Origin: Alphaproteobacteria bacterium
GTDB taxonomy: Bacteria > Pseudomonadota > Alphaproteobacteria > Acetobacterales > Acetobacteraceae
Assembly: GCA_016869715.1 (NCBI GenBank)
Contig: VGDM01000011.1
Location: forward strand, 379 to 64,378
Length of the DNA: 64,000 nucleotides
Direction of reading: 5' to 3'
Made by a program: the position numbers and the translations under genes. The notes beneath the pieces were generated by a model. It searched no databases and was not told the origin of the DNA. It worked only from the letters and a program-made list of their open reading frames with translations. Within the stretch, counting starts at the first letter, position 1, and every line of letters begins with the position of its first letter. Shown here piece by piece: positions 60,984 to 64,000 of the stretch.

Positions 60984-62219
60984 ATGCGCGTCAAAGATGT
61001 GAAGAAGGTCGTTCTCGCCTATTCCGGCGGCTTGGATACCAGCGTCATCCTGAAATGGCTGCAAACCAGTTACAAATGTGAGGTCATTACTTTCACCGCT
61101 GATCTCGGCCAGGGTGATGAATTGGGCCCGGCGCGCGAAAAGGCTTTGCTGCTCGGCATCAAGCCGGAAAATATCTTCATGGATGATCTGCGCGAGGAAT
61201 TCACCCGCGATTTCGTCTTCCCGATGTTCCGCGCCAATGCGCTGTATGAAGGCATGTATCTGCTCGGCACCTCCATCGCGCGCCCGCTGATCGCCAAGCG
61301 CCAGATTGAAATCGCCGAAGCCATGGGGGCAGATGCGGTGGCGCATGGCGCAACCGGCAAGGGCAATGACCAGGTGCGGTTTGAACTGAGTTATTACGCG
61401 CTGAAGCCGGGTGTGAAGGTGATTGCCCCCTGGCGCGAATGGGACCTGACCAGCCGCACGCGCCTCATTCAATTCGCCGAGGAGCACCAGATCCCCATCG
61501 CCAAGGATAAGCGCGGTGAGGCGCCCTTCAGCGTGGATGCCAACCTTCTGCACAGCAGCAGCGAAGGCAAGATTCTGGAAGAACCATGGGATGCGCCGGA
61601 TGAAACGGTCTGGCAGCGCACCATAAGCCCGATGGACGCACCGGACCGCGCGACCGAAATCACCATTGAATTCGAACGCGGTGATGCGGTTGGCATCAAT
61701 GGTGAGCGTCGGTCACCGGCAACCATGCTCACGAAGCTGAATGCACTCGGCAAGGAAAACGGCATTGGCCGGCTTGATCTGGTGGAAAACCGCTTTGTAG
61801 GCATGAAATCCCGCGGCTGCTATGAAACGCCGGGCGGTACCATCCTGTATGTCGCGCATCGCGCCATGGAAAGCATTACGCTCGATCGCGAAGCGGCGCA
61901 TCTGAAAGACAGCCTGATGCCGCGCTATGCGGAAATCATTTATAACGGCTTCTGGTTCGCGCCCGAACGGCGCATGCTGCAGGCCATGATTGATGAAAGC
62001 CAGCGTAGCGTGACGGGCACAGTGCGGCTCAAGCTCTATAAGGGCAATACTATCGTCACCGGGCGGCAATCACCCAATAGCCTCTATTCCATGAAGCATG
62101 TGACGTTTGAAGATGACCAGGGCGCCTATGACCAGTTTGATGCACAAGGCTTCATCAAGCTGAACGCGCTCCGGCTGCGGCTTGGTGCCATGGCTGGGCG
62201 CAAAGGCGGCGAGTTGTAA
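60984..62219 (+). CDS. argG: Argininosuccinate synthase
   Basis: [53 protein letters not shown]. Confidence 0.97.
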   Translation: MRVKDVKKVVLAYSGGLDTSVILKWLQTSYKCEVITFTADLGQGDELGPAREKALLLGIKPENIFMDDLREEFTRDFVFPMFRANALYEGMYLLGTSIARPLIAKRQIEIAEAMGADAVAHGATGKGNDQVRFELSYYALKPGVKVIAPWREWDLTSRTRLIQFAEEHQIPIAKDKRGEAPFSVDANLLHSSSEGKILEEPWDAPDETVWQRTISPMDAPDRATEITIEFERGDAVGINGERRSPATMLTKLNALGKENGIGRLDLVENRFVGMKSRGCYETPGGTILYVAHRAMESITLDREAAHLKDSLMPRYAEIIYNGFWFAPERRMLQAMIDESQRSVTGTVRLKLYKGNTIVTGRQSPNSLYSMKHVTFEDDQGAYDQFDAQGFIKLNALRLRLGAMAGRKGGEL

Positions 62220-62245
62220 TAAAAAAAGCTTAGGGGGCGCTGCCT

Positions 62246-62310
62246 GGAACATTTTCAAGCCAAGCGGAAGGCTTGGCGGCTCGGAAAATCCGACCAAACA
62301 AAAAATCAGG
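62246..62310 (+). repeat. Palindromic interspersed repeat (BRU-RS/CIR-like), copy 2
   Basis: GGAACATTTTCAAGCCAAGCGGAAGGCTTGGCGGCTCGGAAAATCCGACCAAAC...TCAGG aligns with the reverse complement of 15122-15186. Confidence 0.75.
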
Positions 62311-62356
62311 AGGCGCTGCCTCCTGACTCTCTGCCGGGGTGGCCGTGCCACCCCGG
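62307..62356. repeat. Tandem REP-like hairpins between argG and hppA
   Basis: CAGGAGGC-GCT-GCCTCCTG and CCGGGGTGGC-CGT-GCCACCCCGG are perfect stems with 3-nt loops. Confidence 0.65.
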
Positions 62357-62371
62357 ACCCCCTCCAAGACT

Positions 62372-64000
62372 TTAGCTATGCGCCAGCATCGCCAGCAGCA
62401 GCAAGGCGACGATATTGGTGATCTTGATCATCGGGTTCACCGCCGGGCCCGCCGTATCCTTGTAGGGGTCGCCAACAGTATCGCCAGTGACAGCAGCCTT
62501 ATGGGCTTCAGAACCCTTGCCGCCATGATGACCATCTTCAATGTACTTTTTCGCATTATCCCAGGCGCCACCACCGGTGGTCATGGAAACCGCAACAAAG
62601 AAGCCGGTCACAATCACACCAAGCAGCATCGCGCCCAGGGCTTCGAAGGCAGCCGCCTTGCCCGCAATGGCATTGATGCCGAAATACACCACCAGCGGAG
62701 ACAATACCGGCAGCATGGACGGGATGATCATTTCCTTGATCGCCGCCTTGGTCAGCATGTCCACCGCACGGCCATAATCTGGCTTGTCGGTGCCCTGCAT
62801 GATGCCCGGCTTTTCCTGAAACTGGCACCGCACTTCTTCCACCACGCTCATTGCCGCGCGACCCACCGCTGTCATCGCCATGCCGCCGAACAGGTACGGC
62901 AGCAAGCCACCAAACAGCAGACCCACAACAACGTAAGGGCTAGAAAGCGAGAAGGTCAGATTACCCACGCCCTGGAAATACGGATACTGCGCCGCATTCT
63001 GCACGAAGTAATTCAGATCCTGCGTATAGGCGGCAAACAGCACCAGCGCACCAAGACCGGCTGAACCAATGGCATAGCCCTTGGTGACCGCCTTGGTCGT
63101 ATTGCCAACCGCATCCAGCGCATCAGTCGTCTGACGGATTTCTTTGGGCAGGCCAGCCATTTCGGCAATGCCGCCCGCGTTATCCGTCACCGGGCCGAAG
63201 GCATCCAAAGCTACCACCACACCGGCCAGCGCCAGCATGGTCGTCACCGCAATGGCAATGCCGTAAAGCCCCGCCAGCGCATAAGTGATCAGCACGCCCG
63301 CGATGATGATCAGCGCGGGGATCGCCGTGCTTTCCATCGAAACCGCAAGCCCGCGAATCACATTGGTGCCATGACCCGTGACCGAGCTTTCGGCGATCGC
63401 CTTCACCGGGCGGAAGCCCGTGCCCGTATAGTATTCGGTGATCCAGACAATCAGCCCGGTCACCGCCAGGCCGACCACGCCGCACAGGAACAAGTCGAAG
63501 GAAGTGAAGCTGGTGCCAGCCGCCGTCAGCTTACCGAAGCCAAAGATCAGATAGGTCAGCGGCAGCAGCACGATCAAGGATAGGATGCCCGTCACGATGA
63601 AGCCGCGATACATGGCCCCCATGATGGAATTATTCGCTGGCAGCTTCACAAAGTAAGTGCCGATGATGGAGGTCATCACGCAAACCGCCCCAATCGCGAG
63701 TGGATAGATCATGCCGCGCACCATATTGCCGGCGTCAGCGAAGGCAATCGCCGCCAGCACCATGGTGGCCACCATGGTCACCGCATAGGTCTCGAACAAG
63801 TCAGCGGCCATGCCGGCGCAATCGCCAACATTGTCGCCCACATTGTCGGCGATGGTGGCGGGGTTGCGGGGATCATCCTCAGGGATGCCGGCTTCAACCT
63901 TGCCCACCATATCGCCGCCCACATCCGCACCCTTGGTGAAGATGCCGCCGCCAAGACGCGCAAAGATCGAAATAAGCGAAGCGCCAAAGCCAAGCGCCAC
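62372..64000 (-). CDS. hppA: Membrane H+-translocating pyrophosphatase, K+-independent type (5' end outside the window)
   Basis: [35 protein letters not shown] (Lys marks K+ independence), [16 protein letters not shown]. Confidence 0.95.
   Translation of the reverse strand: MALGFGASLISIFARLGGGIFTKGADVGGDMVGKVEAGIPEDDPRNPATIADNVGDNVGDCAGMAADLFETYAVTMVATMVLAAIAFADAGNMVRGMIYPLAIGAVCVMTSIIGTYFVKLPANNSIMGAMYRGFIVTGILSLIVLLPLTYLIFGFGKLTAAGTSFTSFDLFLCGVVGLAVTGLIVWITEYYTGTGFRPVKAIAESSVTGHGTNVIRGLAVSMESTAIPALIIIAGVLITYALAGLYGIAIAVTTMLALAGVVVALDAFGPVTDNAGGIAEMAGLPKEIRQTTDALDAVGNTTKAVTKGYAIGSAGLGALVLFAAYTQDLNYFVQNAAQYPYFQGVGNLTFSLSSPYVVVGLLFGGLLPYLFGGMAMTAVGRAAMSVVEEVRCQFQEKPGIMQGTDKPDYGRAVDMLTKAAIKEMIIPSMLPVLSPLVVYFGINAIAGKAAAFEALGAMLLGVIVTGFFVAVSMTTGGGAWDNAKKYIEDGHHGGKGSEAHKAAVTGDTVGDPYKDTAGPAVNPMIKITNIVALLLLAMLAHS

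Overview
A GC-rich alphaproteobacterial chromosomal window. Gene content and protein style suggest Acetobacteraceae/Roseomonas-like, which is an inference. It holds about 55 genes and one tRNA(CAT). Housekeeping genes include sdhE-mfd, ettA, mlaA/mlaC, metF, glcF, hrpB, dsbD, argG and hppA. Two accessory blocks stand out. (1) An aromatic-acid block (29.0-39.8 kb): TRAP dctPQM, pobA, pcaHG, a Bug receptor, hmgA, an MBL hydrolase, and an FAD monooxygenase with DUF2783. (2) A compact, fully intact coenzyme F420 locus (46.2-56.6 kb). It carries cofE-cofD-cofC, a fused fbiC (cofGH), an actinobacterial-type F420-dependent glucose-6-phosphate dehydrogenase (fgd), four LLM-family F420-dependent oxidoreductases and an ICL/PEP-mutase-family lyase. 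It has no visible dehydro-F420 reductase. The window also has many broken genes: 6-7 in-frame stops using all three stop codons, 2-3 frameshifts, one lost start and one 5' truncation. Several are not apparent from the ORF track. Two diverged copies of a BRU-RS/CIR-like palindromic repeat sit between convergent genes. All family calls are by recognition of motifs; no database searches were run.
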